From an uncultured virus (IMG/VR IMGVR_UViG_3300025684_000756) (Duplodnaviria > Heunggongvirae > Uroviricota > Caudoviricetes), in IMG/VR virus record IMGVR_UViG_3300025684_000756: a stretch of DNA of 64,000 nt. One strand, written 5' to 3'. The notes under the pieces were generated by a model that was not told where the DNA came from, did not search any database, and saw only the letters and a program-made list of their open reading frames with translations. This document shows, in pieces, positions 1 through 9,475 of this stretch; the first letter of the stretch is position 1, and each line of letters opens with the position of its first letter. The translations under genes and the position numbers were made by a program.

Positions 1-171
1 AGCAACTTCAGGATCTTTAGCAAGGTATACATAACCCGGCTTTGAATCTTCCCATTGTGTTTGAGCACCACTACCGCCTAGTCCGTTCTTTGTGATACTA
101 TCTAGAAACGGTTTGTATGTTGCGTGATAAAGTGGTTCACTTGCTTCAATAATGATATCGTTTATCTTCAT
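1..171 (-). CDS. Partial ORF (runs off window), ADP-ribosyltransferase-fold-like protein with capsid-targeting-like N-terminus
   Basis: Not in ORF track; own translation MKINDIIIE-ASEPLYHATYKPFLDSITKNGL...GYVYLAKDPEVA. LYHxT...SI..xGL...VYL pattern resembles KptA/ART folds. TATAAATA at 184-177 is 5 nt upstream. Confidence 0.55.
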   Translation of the reverse strand, partial: MKINDIIIEASEPLYHATYKPFLDSITKNGLGGSGAQTQWEDSKPGYVYLAKDPEVA

Positions 172-277
172 ACTAGTATTTATAGCTATGACACCGCAGA
201 TCTTTTCATTTAAATTTTTTTTTGCTACAGTTTTTTTTTGGGCTGTATACTGTTTCACTAACAGATTAAATATGCAT

Positions 278-520
278 ATGAAAATACGTTACTATAAAAA
301 TTTAGATAAATGGAGATGGATAGGATTCTTACTTGCAATGATCAGTGCATTTATTCTAAGTGGAGGTAACCCTGATACACAATGGCACGGATGGGTATTT
401 GCTTGTGCTAGTTGTGTAATATGGATTTATATGGGATATAAAGACCGAGACGTACCTCGAAGTTTAATGGAAGTGATGTATTTGTTGCTTGCCTTTAGAG
501 GAATATATGAATGGTTTTAA
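278..520 (+). CDS. Small 3-TM membrane protein (PnuC-like half)
   Basis: Three hydrophobic segments. Start moved from 152 to ATG 278, 5 nt after TAAATA 267-272. Confidence 0.5.
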   Translation: MKIRYYKNLDKWRWIGFLLAMISAFILSGGNPDTQWHGWVFACASCVIWIYMGYKDRDVPRSLMEVMYLLLAFRGIYEWF

Positions 521-524
521 AAGG

Positions 525-553
525 TTGACAACAAGACTATTGGGTGCTATACT
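525..553 (+). promoter_or_regulatory. Sigma70-type (early) promoter
   Basis: AAAAGG-TTGACA-17nt-TATACT with extended -10 TG. Confidence 0.8.
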
Positions 554-588
554 GTGAGTATAATTGAAGCTCTAGCAAAAGGTATCCA

Positions 589-1620
589 ATGTTCGATCAA
601 GATGTACAAAGAGTTGGTTTTGCATGTAAGTATATGCATCCAGATCAGTCACAAAAGCCTCGGATTCTCAAAGAAATACAACACCGTTACACAGAAGCAC
701 AAACAACTGTTGCTTGGCTAAAACGACAGACTGTAGAAGTTGCTGAGCAAAAGATGTGGGATATTATGATTCATAATATTGACAGCATGTACAACTTGAT
801 TGAGTGGGTAGGTAATCAACCAGAACAACACCGTATGGTACGACTAGGTAGCAATCAATTGCCTATGTACACACAACCTGACTTTAGATACTTTTGGTCT
901 AAGCCAGACGTAAGAGCAGAGTGTGCAAAAGGTTATGCACGAGCAGGTGAAATTGCTAGAAAGTTAGACGTACGAGTGAGTATGCACCCTGGGCAGTTTT
1001 GTGTACTAGCAAGTGACAGTGAAGATATAGTAGAACGTTCAATAGAAGAATTTGAATATCATGCAGATATTATTAGATGGATGGGCTATGGCCGCTCATT
1101 CCAAGACTTCAAGTGCAATGTACATATCTCAGGTAGACAAGGTCCAGATGGTATTAGACGAGTATTGCCACGTCTTAGTCCAGAAGCAAGAAACACTATC
1201 ACTATCGAAAATGACGAAAACAAATGGGGTATTGAAGCAAGTCTTGAACTGGCCAAAGATGTACCGCTAGTGCTTGACATACACCATCACTGGGTCAACT
1301 CAGGAGAGTATATTGAACCCTCAGACGATAGAGTAAGTCGCATACGTGACAGCTGGCGTGGTGTACGTCCTGCAATGCACTACAGTCAATGTAGAATTGA
1401 TTACTTGACGGATCATCCTGCTGATGTAAAGCCTGATATGAACACACTACTTGAAGCTGGATACAAGAAACAAAAACTTCGTGCCCACAGTGATCTCATG
1501 TGGAATGATGCATGTAATGAGTGGGCAGTACAGTTCAACGAACATTTTGATATTATGGTAGAAGCAAAGTGCAAGAACCTTGCAAGTAAACAACTAGCAG
1601 AGACAAAACATGCACATTGA
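589..1620 (+). CDS. uvsE: UV damage endonuclease UvsE/UvdE
   Basis: GFACK, RLGS, SMHPGQF, NVHISG, IENDE, VLDIHHH, LRAHSD, DIMVEAKxK motifs. Confidence 0.92.
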   Translation: MFDQDVQRVGFACKYMHPDQSQKPRILKEIQHRYTEAQTTVAWLKRQTVEVAEQKMWDIMIHNIDSMYNLIEWVGNQPEQHRMVRLGSNQLPMYTQPDFRYFWSKPDVRAECAKGYARAGEIARKLDVRVSMHPGQFCVLASDSEDIVERSIEEFEYHADIIRWMGYGRSFQDFKCNVHISGRQGPDGIRRVLPRLSPEARNTITIENDENKWGIEASLELAKDVPLVLDIHHHWVNSGEYIEPSDDRVSRIRDSWRGVRPAMHYSQCRIDYLTDHPADVKPDMNTLLEAGYKKQKLRAHSDLMWNDACNEWAVQFNEHFDIMVEAKCKNLASKQLAETKHAH

Positions 1621-1948
1621 TTGTTTGCATTATAAAGATAAAAGATCAGATAAGATATGGGGATATACTATAGACAAAGATCGATGTATTGTGTTTTATG
1701 GTAAAACAAAAGGCACTCTTAGTTTTATTGAACACATGGGTCAACACCTACCCCGGTATCCATTGCTTGGTGTTGCAACTGGTGATTTATCTATTCCTTA
1801 TACAACACAAAAAGCAAGAAAGACAAAACTGTCTAAAGGTTATGTGCCTGTGCTGGAAAATGAATTAAATGATTACCTTCCGGACTCATTTAAAGAAGCA
1901 TTGATGTTGGCAAAACTTGGAATGGGTCTGCGAGAAGCAGTCCGCTGA
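1610..1948 (+). CDS. WGR-domain-like protein
   Basis: SDKIW...FYGK...KxxKGY pattern. Confidence 0.45.
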   Translation: MHIDCLHYKDKRSDKIWGYTIDKDRCIVFYGKTKGTLSFIEHMGQHLPRYPLLGVATGDLSIPYTTQKARKTKLSKGYVPVLENELNDYLPDSFKEALMLAKLGMGLREAVR

Positions 1949-1961
1949 CATATATAAACTT

Positions 1962-2990
1962 ATGTCAATAATAGAAAAACCAACAAAAGATAAAATATTA
2001 ATTGTAAGCGAACCAAGATCAGGATCAACTGCTCTATGGACTTATCTGTGGGCAAGGTATTATCAAAATGGTGTAGGCGGAAAGCCAATGAGTTCTTGGT
2101 TAGAACCTTTTAATTACCAGTTTCATTTAGAATCAAAAACCGACACAGAGGTAAATGAATTAAAAGCAGATTGGTTAATGAGAATGATTTTAAAAAAGCC
2201 AAATAATCCTTGGTTAACCAAAATACTTCTTCCTACATTACTTCCAATTGAACATATACCAATGCATCATAAAGTACTTGCAGAGATAAATGGTAATAGG
2301 ATGCACATTGATAAATGGTTTGAAGACGAAAAGAATCCAACTGAAGATGAATTAAAAGAAAGAACCAGATGCTGGGATATCTATTTTAATGAAATGAAAG
2401 TAAAGACTGTACAAAATAAAGTAGTAGGAGATGTCTATTTTAATGATCCTAGTGTATATAGAATTAAATTGTATAGAAAAGACTTTATAGCATCATTAAT
2501 GTCTACAATGGATTTAAAGATACGTCAGTCAATTAGAAAAGAACAAGGTGAAGAAGATGAAAAACTAGATTGGCATGCAAGAAAAGATGAACTTGATAAA
2601 AGGCCAATATATGAATATCCTGATCTGTCAGATATGTCTACCGCAGAGATAGCTGACTTATGTGGGTTTTGGCAAAAAACATTTTTACGAGAAAATCTAT
2701 TAAGGTTTAATAGCACATCTACTCCTGGTATGAGATTTGATGCTGAATATGCTTATGAAGATATTAAAGATGAATTATTAAATTTTAATCCAGTTATTGA
2801 ATTTGACGAAGATAATCGTATGCACAACGGCAATCGCGAAATGCTTGTAAAGAAGTCTGGCATAACAATAACTAAAAAAGCACAGAACTACCAAGAAACA
2901 TATGAGAGACTTAGTAAGGCATATAGACAATGGCATAAACGTTGGCCAGATATTTGGGAAAAAAGAGGCTTACAAAGATTTAGTGTATAA
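1962..2990 (+). CDS. Sulfotransferase-like protein
   Basis: N-terminal SEPRSGST (PAPS 5'-PSB loop-like), EPF, LYRKD..ASLMS (3'-PB-like). ATG 1962 preferred over TTG 1917. Confidence 0.6.
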   Translation: MSIIEKPTKDKILIVSEPRSGSTALWTYLWARYYQNGVGGKPMSSWLEPFNYQFHLESKTDTEVNELKADWLMRMILKKPNNPWLTKILLPTLLPIEHIPMHHKVLAEINGNRMHIDKWFEDEKNPTEDELKERTRCWDIYFNEMKVKTVQNKVVGDVYFNDPSVYRIKLYRKDFIASLMSTMDLKIRQSIRKEQGEEDEKLDWHARKDELDKRPIYEYPDLSDMSTAEIADLCGFWQKTFLRENLLRFNSTSTPGMRFDAEYAYEDIKDELLNFNPVIEFDEDNRMHNGNREMLVKKSGITITKKAQNYQETYERLSKAYRQWHKRWPDIWEKRGLQRFSV

Positions 2991-2992
2991 CA

Positions 2993-3014
2993 CTTGCGGA
3001 AATTAATCCGCAAG
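2993..3014. terminator. Hairpin between convergent transcripts (probable bidirectional terminator)
   Basis: CTTGCGGA-AATTAA-TCCGCAAG perfect 8-bp stem. Confidence 0.65.
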
Positions 3015-3026
3015 CATACCACATTA

Positions 3027-3140
3027 TTAACTATAATGTACGTGGTGAGATCTACGTCTCGCATTTAAGAATCTGCAAAGCATATCACGACGATATTTTT
3101 TGTAAAGCTTCTTAAATTGATATAGTGTAAATGAATCCAT
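3027..3140 (-). CDS. Unannotated 37-aa basic peptide downstream of glutamine riboswitch
   Basis: MDSFTLYQFKKLYKKYRRDMLCRFLNARRRSHHVHYS*; strong SD AAGGAGG upstream; followed by hairpin. Confidence 0.75.
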   Translation of the reverse strand: MDSFTLYQFKKLYKKYRRDMLCRFLNARRRSHHVHYS

Positions 3141-3165
3141 ATCACATCCTCCTTTTACAAAGAAT

Positions 3166-3215
3166 GCGTTCCTTCGGCTTTCGGCCTACTTCCGTCCTAT
3201 GTTATGGATGAACGT
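3166..3215 (-). ncRNA. Glutamine-I riboswitch (glnA RNA motif)
   Basis: Minus strand ACGTTCATCC-ATAACATA-GGACGGAAGTAGGCCGAAAGCCGAAGGAACGC: P1 CGTTC/GAACG, P2 TCC/GGA, E-loop AGTA/GAA, P3 GGC/GCC. Confidence 0.85.
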
Positions 3216-3220
3216 GCTTT

Positions 3221-3226
3221 TATTTA
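3221..3226 (-). promoter_or_regulatory. T4-type late promoter driving riboswitch transcript
   Basis: TAAATA ends 5 nt before the aptamer's first base. Confidence 0.6.
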
Positions 3227-3254
3227 GCATATAATTATTTAAAAAGGAGCCAGA

Positions 3255-3431
3255 ATGCCTATTCCTGAAAGAATAACAATAACAATAGAGGAGAATAAAA
3301 TGGACGAAGACTTTGATTATATGAAAGAAATGGATCCTAAACAACCTGATATAGTTTATCCTAAAATAAAGATTTGGCATTTAATGCTATTTTTTGCAAT
3401 AGCATTACCAACTGCATGGTATTTTGTATGA
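3255..3431 (+). CDS. Small membrane-anchored hypothetical protein (58 aa)
   Basis: SD AAGGAG; C-terminal hydrophobic helix; not in ORF track. Confidence 0.5.
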   Translation: MPIPERITITIEENKMDEDFDYMKEMDPKQPDIVYPKIKIWHLMLFFAIALPTAWYFV

Positions 3432-3577
3432 ACTGTTATCAATGTCAAACTGAATTAATCGTAGGCGGTGATCACGATTGTGAAGAAGACGAAGATCATT
3501 TAATTGTAACTAACCTAAGTTGTCCTAAATGCGACTCACTGGTTTATGTATATTGGGGATCTAAAGAAGATGCATGA
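3428..3577 (+). CDS. Small Zn-ribbon protein
   Basis: CYQC...CPKC; ATGA overlap with upstream ORF. Confidence 0.6.
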   Translation: MNCYQCQTELIVGGDHDCEEDEDHLIVTNLSCPKCDSLVYVYWGSKEDA

Positions 3578-3899
3578 CGGGCCGGATACAACACTATATT
3601 CTATAATAGGATTATTAATTATATTTGTCCCTGCAATCTATTGGGTATATAGATGTAAAAGAGACCGCCCAGAAGACTATGCACACTTCTATGCTAAAGA
3701 TGAGATAGGACCAGATAAGCCTAAAAAGATGTTAAGTTGGGAAGGTGCTCTCTATATATTATGGAATTGGAAAACATATCTATTATATACATTAATGATT
3801 GTAAGTTTCTTTCTTTGTTGGTATGAATTAACCTTTGCAGAAGCATTAGTTGCACCCATTTTTGTTTGGGTATTATCTAAACTAGGTAAACTATTTTAA
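3570..3899 (+). CDS. Hypothetical membrane protein
   Basis: Multiple hydrophobic segments. Confidence 0.5.
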   Translation: MHDGPDTTLYSIIGLLIIFVPAIYWVYRCKRDRPEDYAHFYAKDEIGPDKPKKMLSWEGALYILWNWKTYLLYTLMIVSFFLCWYELTFAEALVAPIFVWVLSKLGKLF

Positions 3900-3917
3900 T
3901 GATAATCAAATAAAAGG

Positions 3918-3946
3918 TTGACTTATGGATCTTTATATGTTATAGT
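3918..3946 (+). promoter_or_regulatory. Sigma70-type (early) promoter
   Basis: AAAAGG-TTGACT-17nt-TATAGT, TG extension. Confidence 0.8.
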
Positions 3947-3975
3947 ATTAACATAATAAAAATATAGGAGCAAGC

Positions 3976-4110
3976 ATGTTTACTATAATCGCAATATTGG
4001 CATTTGTCGCAGGCATATATGCAATAAAAGCAGACCTTAATGAAGGCTATGCTTATTCTTTAATTGGATTAATAGTAGCATGGTTGATATGGATGCAGTA
4101 TGTTGGTTGA
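3976..4110 (+). CDS. Small 2-TM protein (44 aa)
   Basis: SD AGGAG; hydrophobic; not in ORF track. Confidence 0.5.
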   Translation: MFTIIAILAFVAGIYAIKADLNEGYAYSLIGLIVAWLIWMQYVG

Positions 4111-4197
4111 TGAACCTTTAAATTTACAAGCAATAATCTCTCTTTTACTAGTAGTCGGTATTATGGTTTATGTTATAATTGGTAATTGGCGTAACAA

Positions 4198-4701
4198 ATG
4201 AAGCCTATTAAAATTTACGAAACAACATTAAAAGATGTCTTATTAGATAATCCACAAGGTAGTTATATCTACAGAATAATGTTTAATGATGATATTCCTT
4301 TTTATGTTGGTATAACACTTAAAGGTGTTAAAGATAGATTTAAAACACATATAGCAAAGTTTGCAGGTATTAAAAAATATAACGATAGACCTAAATGCCA
4401 AGAAATGGTATTTGAAAGTAAAGAATTAAAATTTAAATGTATTGGTAGACAAACATATGGCTACAATACTATTCGTAATATATTAAAAAAGAATAAAATA
4501 AATTACGATATGCTTAATGCAAAAGTAATATTAGAACAATTTAGTGAGGAACCATTAAATGATTATGGAACTGATATTGGTAAATTAACTAATAAATTTT
4601 ATTTTGAAAAATATGAATCTAATATTATTGAAAAAGAATTACCATTAGCAAATGATGAAACTATTCATTTGGCTAATCAACAAATAATGGAGAACAAGTA
4701 A
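4198..4701 (+). CDS. GIY-YIG-like endonuclease
   Basis: YIY...FYVGIT...R...H, C-terminal E...P..N. Confidence 0.6.
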   Translation: MKPIKIYETTLKDVLLDNPQGSYIYRIMFNDDIPFYVGITLKGVKDRFKTHIAKFAGIKKYNDRPKCQEMVFESKELKFKCIGRQTYGYNTIRNILKKNKINYDMLNAKVILEQFSEEPLNDYGTDIGKLTNKFYFEKYESNIIEKELPLANDETIHLANQQIMENK

Positions 4702-6148
4702 TGGTTATGTATCCAGCTGAAAGGCAAAAAGAAATTATTTCTAAATTTCAAGAGCTTTTAAAAGAAGCAGATAACTTTCCAATGAGAAGTGATCCTGTTG
4801 AATATAGAAAGTTCTGGAGTGGAATCAGAGGAGAAGGTTCTAGTTTACTTGGATTATGTAATCATTTATCAGACCAACTAAATGTTGCCGCTGATGTAAT
4901 ATCAAAAATGCAAGAGGAAAAGAAAAATGGAACCAGTTGATGTAAGTAAAAAGCACTTTTATTTAAGTTTGGTTAAGAGTGCAGTTAGGCTATCAGGTTG
5001 TTTAGCCTCCGCCTACACAGGGTCAGTTATCATGTTAGCCGCTTTTCTTGCAGTAGCAGAATTTATAGGGATATGGGAAGAGCTATAATGGCTGACATCA
5101 TAGATTTCAAACCAAAAGAAACAGTATTCATTTTAAACTTTACTAGTCCTAGTCCTTTAAAAATGACAAAGACAGGTGGCGAGAATATTGCTTTAGAGAT
5201 ACGCAAAGTTGACGACACTCATGGTGTTGGACAAGCATGGGTGCCTGCAGTAAATATAAGACAAGCAAAAGACAAATTACAAAAAATGATTGAAGTGTTG
5301 GAGTTCCAAGACTAGTATAGGAGGAGTTATAATGGAAAAATTTGATTGGCCAAGAATGTACAAAGTTGAAGAGTACATTGAACGAGAGGCATATAATGCA
5401 GTAGAAGAGTTTGTTGTTGACTTTTATAATGTTGAAGAAATAGGTTTAATTCCTAAACAACAAATTGATGAAATGATGGCATGGCGAGAAGAACATGTTA
5501 ACGAGTATTCTGCTATGTGGGGTGCATTTACAGATGTCTACAATGTTTGGGAAATGGAAAATGAATTATAAAGTTATGTATATTCCTAAAATTGAGGATG
5601 AAGTTGCAGTAGCACAATTTGAAACTAAACAAGAAGCAGATGCACACATGGAGCATATTGCAAAAGTAAAGCCTAGAGTTTTACCATTTCATTATATAAA
5701 GGAGACAAAATGAAATTTGATGATTTACAATTTAAAGCAGATCCAGATGGGTTACCATTAATTAGAGCCAGAACAGAGATTAACGGCTTTGAGTTATCTG
5801 TGCTTAAAGAACCAAACGATCCTAACAAATATGAGTTTGTAGTCTATAATGCTTTGGGAGAAATGATCCTAATAGAAGGCATACATAATAATGAGTACGA
5901 TACAGTTATTAGATATCAAACATCTGACGATGTTGAACTTGTTATGAAAAGGCTAGAACATGGGATTGAAGCTACAGGAACTTTTTATAGATAATAAAAT
6001 TATAATTCTATATATTTTATTTGCTTTTTTATTAGGTGCTCTTGTCTTAATTGCATCACATCACTTACGTCAAATTCCAGCAATACAATATGCATGTGAA
6101 ATGGCTAAAGATGTAAGACCAGTTCCGCCTCCTATGATTTGTCCTTAA
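4701..6148 (+). other. Run of small hypothetical early ORFs (4701-4940, 4927-5088, 5088-5315, 5332-5571, 5561-5713, 5710-5994, 5960-6148)
   Basis: Tightly overlapping ORFs with SD sites; no recognisable motifs. Confidence 0.55.
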
Positions 6149-6675
6149 TAAGGATAATGCCCTAATTTATTATGATAAGTTTTATCTTCTATTTTTGCTA
6201 AAGCTCTATCTGAGCTAGTGTAGTTTATATTATGCACATTACACCACATACACAAGTTAATCATTTTGTCTTGCATTTCTATACTATAGTCATAGCATAT
6301 ATCTAATACTATATGTGTTTTGTCTTTGATAAAATTAAAATAATTAAATGGTAATTCTTTATTGGTTACACAGGCAGTTACATTACCACCTATAATATGT
6401 ACTTGCTTAATTCTTTCTGCTGTTAAATAAGATTGAATATTTTTATTATTTAAAGTAGGAATATCCATATCTAAATCTTCATTGAATTTAATATGCATAG
6501 GATCTAGTATTTCTGACCAATTGTTCAAGTAAAGTATTTTTACATTTTCATTTATTGATGCTTTCTTTATAAAAGATTTTTGTTTATCAAATGCAACATA
6601 TACTGATGCTTCTTGTTCTTTAGTTGATTGGTAAGGAACAGCTTGATCAATAATTGCAATTAAATGATTTCTCAT
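6145..6675 (-). CDS. Hypothetical protein, possibly isochorismatase/cysteine-hydrolase-like
   Basis: LIAIID...HIIGGNVTACV. Confidence 0.35.
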   Translation of the reverse strand: MRNHLIAIIDQAVPYQSTKEQEASVYVAFDKQKSFIKKASINENVKILYLNNWSEILDPMHIKFNEDLDMDIPTLNNKNIQSYLTAERIKQVHIIGGNVTACVTNKELPFNYFNFIKDKTHIVLDICYDYSIEMQDKMINLCMWCNVHNINYTSSDRALAKIEDKTYHNKLGHYPY

Positions 6676-6683
6676 AAATTTAT

Positions 6684-7523
6684 TTAGTGCCTAATAATTC
6701 TGTCTATAGATTGTCTTTTAAAAATATACGATAAGTCTTCATCAGACAACGGTGTTTCTAAATCACCTATCTCTGCTATCATTACACCAGTTTTATTACA
6801 AGGTAAACTCATGTCAATATAACTATGTAAATTATTTCTTTCAATCCATTCTTCTGTTTTACCTACACTATTAAATGGATATGGTTTGTAAGTTTGTGAT
6901 ACCCAACTAGGCCTATTTAGGTTTGCAATAATCTCACAACTAGCATGTAACTGTGGCCGTACCATATATTGCTTAACTGTATCTATATCATTATCTATTG
7001 CACAATGTCCTATATTCTTTCCCACAGTATTATAACCCATCATTAATTTACTATACTCAGATTCTTTAAAGTATTGATAGTCGCTATCCTCTAAAGGTAT
7101 CTGATAATGCATATCTTTATTATACTGGTATGCTCCAAACTTAGGTGCCCAATTATGATTTGGTGCAGATTGTATATGTGCAATAGATTCTACTAAATGT
7201 ATTTGTGTGTTAACTGCGGCCAAGTCTTCCATTACAGAATTACTAGGTTCTACGTTTGCATGGAAGTCTCTATGTAAATCATTTAATACTTTTGCATCAT
7301 ACTGATCGCTTATAGGTAAGTTACATTTATTTGCAAACACAATTAGTTTATTCCATTCCTCTTCCATTGATAGCTCACCTAGATTAGGTCTCCACCATGT
7401 TGTCCAATCAGGAATTGGTTGTCCTTTCATGTAGTCTGCAATTTCTATAAACTTTTTAGTTACTGGATTGTCATTTAGTTTATATGTGATATTGACATGA
7501 TCTATAATTATTGTGAGGTGCAT
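6684..7523 (-). CDS. Hypothetical protein (late, leaderless)
   Basis: 279-aa ORF; TATAAATA 7536-7529 is 5 nt upstream of ATG. Confidence 0.6.
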   Translation of the reverse strand: MHLTIIIDHVNITYKLNDNPVTKKFIEIADYMKGQPIPDWTTWWRPNLGELSMEEEWNKLIVFANKCNLPISDQYDAKVLNDLHRDFHANVEPSNSVMEDLAAVNTQIHLVESIAHIQSAPNHNWAPKFGAYQYNKDMHYQIPLEDSDYQYFKESEYSKLMMGYNTVGKNIGHCAIDNDIDTVKQYMVRPQLHASCEIIANLNRPSWVSQTYKPYPFNSVGKTEEWIERNNLHSYIDMSLPCNKTGVMIAEIGDLETPLSDEDLSYIFKRQSIDRIIRH

Positions 7524-7576
7524 ACTGATATTTATAATTGGTATCTTTAGTTGGAATAACCGATATACATAAGTGT

Positions 7577-8017
7577 ATGTTTATTCGTAACGTTGAACAC
7601 CTGTTGACAGGATTTGTGTTTTTATTAGTAGGAACGTTCTTTGGCGCATATGGATTACTCTTTTACGAAACAGGAACAATAGAAGAAATGGGTCCAGGGT
7701 GGTTTCCTTTCTTTATTAGTCTTGGTTTAATAGTACTAGGTGTAATACAAGTGTTAAGATCTATAGCCACAACAACATACGGTGTTGTTAGTTTTGAGAT
7801 TGCTAGACCTATTTTTATCACAGCATTGATTATAGGAATGTCTTATGCTTGGCCGTATATTGGTGCCGCTACTGCATTGGGATTAATAATGAGTGGTAGT
7901 GGATTACTTAATCCGAAATATGAACTCAAATGGTTTCTAGTAAGTTGGCTTTTTATTATAGCACTACTAGTGGCATTTAAATATGGCTTAGGAATGAGTG
8001 TTGTAATATGGAACTAG
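7577..8017 (+). CDS. tctB: Tripartite tricarboxylate transporter small subunit TctB
   Basis: 4-5 TM; G...MGPGWFP motif; directly upstream of tctA. Confidence 0.75.
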   Translation: MFIRNVEHLLTGFVFLLVGTFFGAYGLLFYETGTIEEMGPGWFPFFISLGLIVLGVIQVLRSIATTTYGVVSFEIARPIFITALIIGMSYAWPYIGAATALGLIMSGSGLLNPKYELKWFLVSWLFIIALLVAFKYGLGMSVVIWN

Positions 8018-9471
8018 TATACTTAGGAATTGAAACGGTCTTTTCCAATTACACTTGGCTGTACTGTATCTTTGGTATTGTACTAGGAACACTTGTAGGT
8101 GTATTACCAGGGCTTGGTCCTACTGCTACAATTAGTATGCTACTACCAGTAACATACGGACTTGGTCCAATACCAAGTATTATAATGTTAGCAGGAATAT
8201 ACTACGGATCACAATACGGCGGAAGCACTACTGCAATATTACTAAACACACCTGGCGAGAGTAGTGCAGTAATGACTTGCATAGACGGAAACAAAATGAC
8301 TAGAAAAGGCAAAGCAGGACCGGCAATATTTGCCGCAGGCTTTAGTTCTTTTATTGCTGGTGTGTTTGCTACGATACTATTGGTAACGTTATCACCTATG
8401 CTAAGTGTACTTGCATTAAAGTTTGGACCAGCAGAGTATTGTGCATTGATAGGTTTGGGCTTTTTAAGTGTTGGCATATTGACAACAGGAGATATTTTTA
8501 AAGGGATAGGCATGTGCTTTATTGGTGTGCTTATAGGAACTATAGGAACAGATATACAAACCGGGGTAATACGTTTTGCGTTCTTTGATGAACTAGAAGA
8601 CGGTATATCGTTTCCTATTGTTGCTATTGGATTATTTGCATTTGCGGAGATCATTAAGAACATAACTAAAGATGAAGCAATGCAACTATACAAAGGAACT
8701 ATTCAACTATTTCCAAGTAAAGAAGAATTCAAACGTATTATTCCACCAAGTATAAGAGGATCCTTTATTGGATCTTTCCTTGGACTAATCCCAGGAGGCT
8801 CAAGTACTATTAGTTCTTATGCGGCCTATGCTATAGACAAGAAGTATGGCAACAAAGATGCTGAATACGGCGAAGGTGCTATTGAAGGTGTAGCCGCTCC
8901 TGAGAGTGCAAACAATGCCGCAAGTCAAACAGGCTTTATTCCATTATTGTCATTGGGCATTCCGGAAAATGCTACAATGGCACTAATGCTAGGTGCATTG
9001 TTGCTAACAGGTATTGTACCCGGACCAGATATTGTTAGTAGAGAACCTGAACTGTTTTGGGGACTGGCAATTAGTATGTTGTTTGGTAATTTACTGTTGG
9101 TGATACTTAACATTCCTTTTATTAAGATATGGGTAACAGTATTGCGTATTCCTTACAATACATTGTATCCTATTATAATTGCAATTTGTTGTATTGGCAT
9201 TTACTCAATTAATAGCAATGTAAATGATGTTGTGATAACTGCCGTGCTTGGACTTGCAGGTTATGTATGTTTAATGTTACGATTAGAAGTAGCACCGTTG
9301 ATGTTAGGACTTATACTAGGTCCTATGTTGGAAGAATACTTTAGACGAGCAATGATGTTTAGCGATGGATCGTTTATGATTTTTGTAGATCGTCCTATTG
9401 CATTCACACTAATACTTTGTGCAGGTGCTCTTGGAGCATACGGACTCTACAATACTTTAAGAAATAAGTAA
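8008..9471 (+). CDS. tctA: Tripartite tricarboxylate transporter large subunit TctA
   Basis: GVLPGLG, YYGSQYGGSTTAILLNTPG, GVAAPESANNAA, PLLSLGIP motifs. Confidence 0.93.
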   Translation: MELVYLGIETVFSNYTWLYCIFGIVLGTLVGVLPGLGPTATISMLLPVTYGLGPIPSIIMLAGIYYGSQYGGSTTAILLNTPGESSAVMTCIDGNKMTRKGKAGPAIFAAGFSSFIAGVFATILLVTLSPMLSVLALKFGPAEYCALIGLGFLSVGILTTGDIFKGIGMCFIGVLIGTIGTDIQTGVIRFAFFDELEDGISFPIVAIGLFAFAEIIKNITKDEAMQLYKGTIQLFPSKEEFKRIIPPSIRGSFIGSFLGLIPGGSSTISSYAAYAIDKKYGNKDAEYGEGAIEGVAAPESANNAASQTGFIPLLSLGIPENATMALMLGALLLTGIVPGPDIVSREPELFWGLAISMLFGNLLLVILNIPFIKIWVTVLRIPYNTLYPIIIAICCIGIYSINSNVNDVVITAVLGLAGYVCLMLRLEVAPLMLGLILGPMLEEYFRRAMMFSDGSFMIFVDRPIAFTLILCAGALGAYGLYNTLRNK

Positions 9472-9475
9472 CAGT

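Noticed and set aside
214..240. Poly-T tracts as phase-variation sites
   Set aside because: They lie between divergent promoters outside the likely coding region; more simply UP-element-like or terminator sequence.
152..277. N-terminal extension of ORF 152-520
   Set aside because: Runs through poly-T intergenic tracts and overlaps the divergent gene and promoter; ATG 278 fits the late-promoter spacing.
3186..3380. Minus-strand 64-aa ORF from the track
   Set aside because: Overlaps the riboswitch and a better-supported plus-strand ORF with an SD; no SD or motif of its own.
4198..4701. GIY-YIG gene as part of a group I intron or mobile element
   Set aside because: No interrupted host gene or intron core visible; appears free-standing.
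7577..9471. Interpreting the window as bacterial chromosome or prophage because of tctAB, pyrB, guaC and folE
   Set aside because: These genes are interspersed with T4-like replication genes, late promoters and phage hypotheticals; no integrase or run of bacterial operons.
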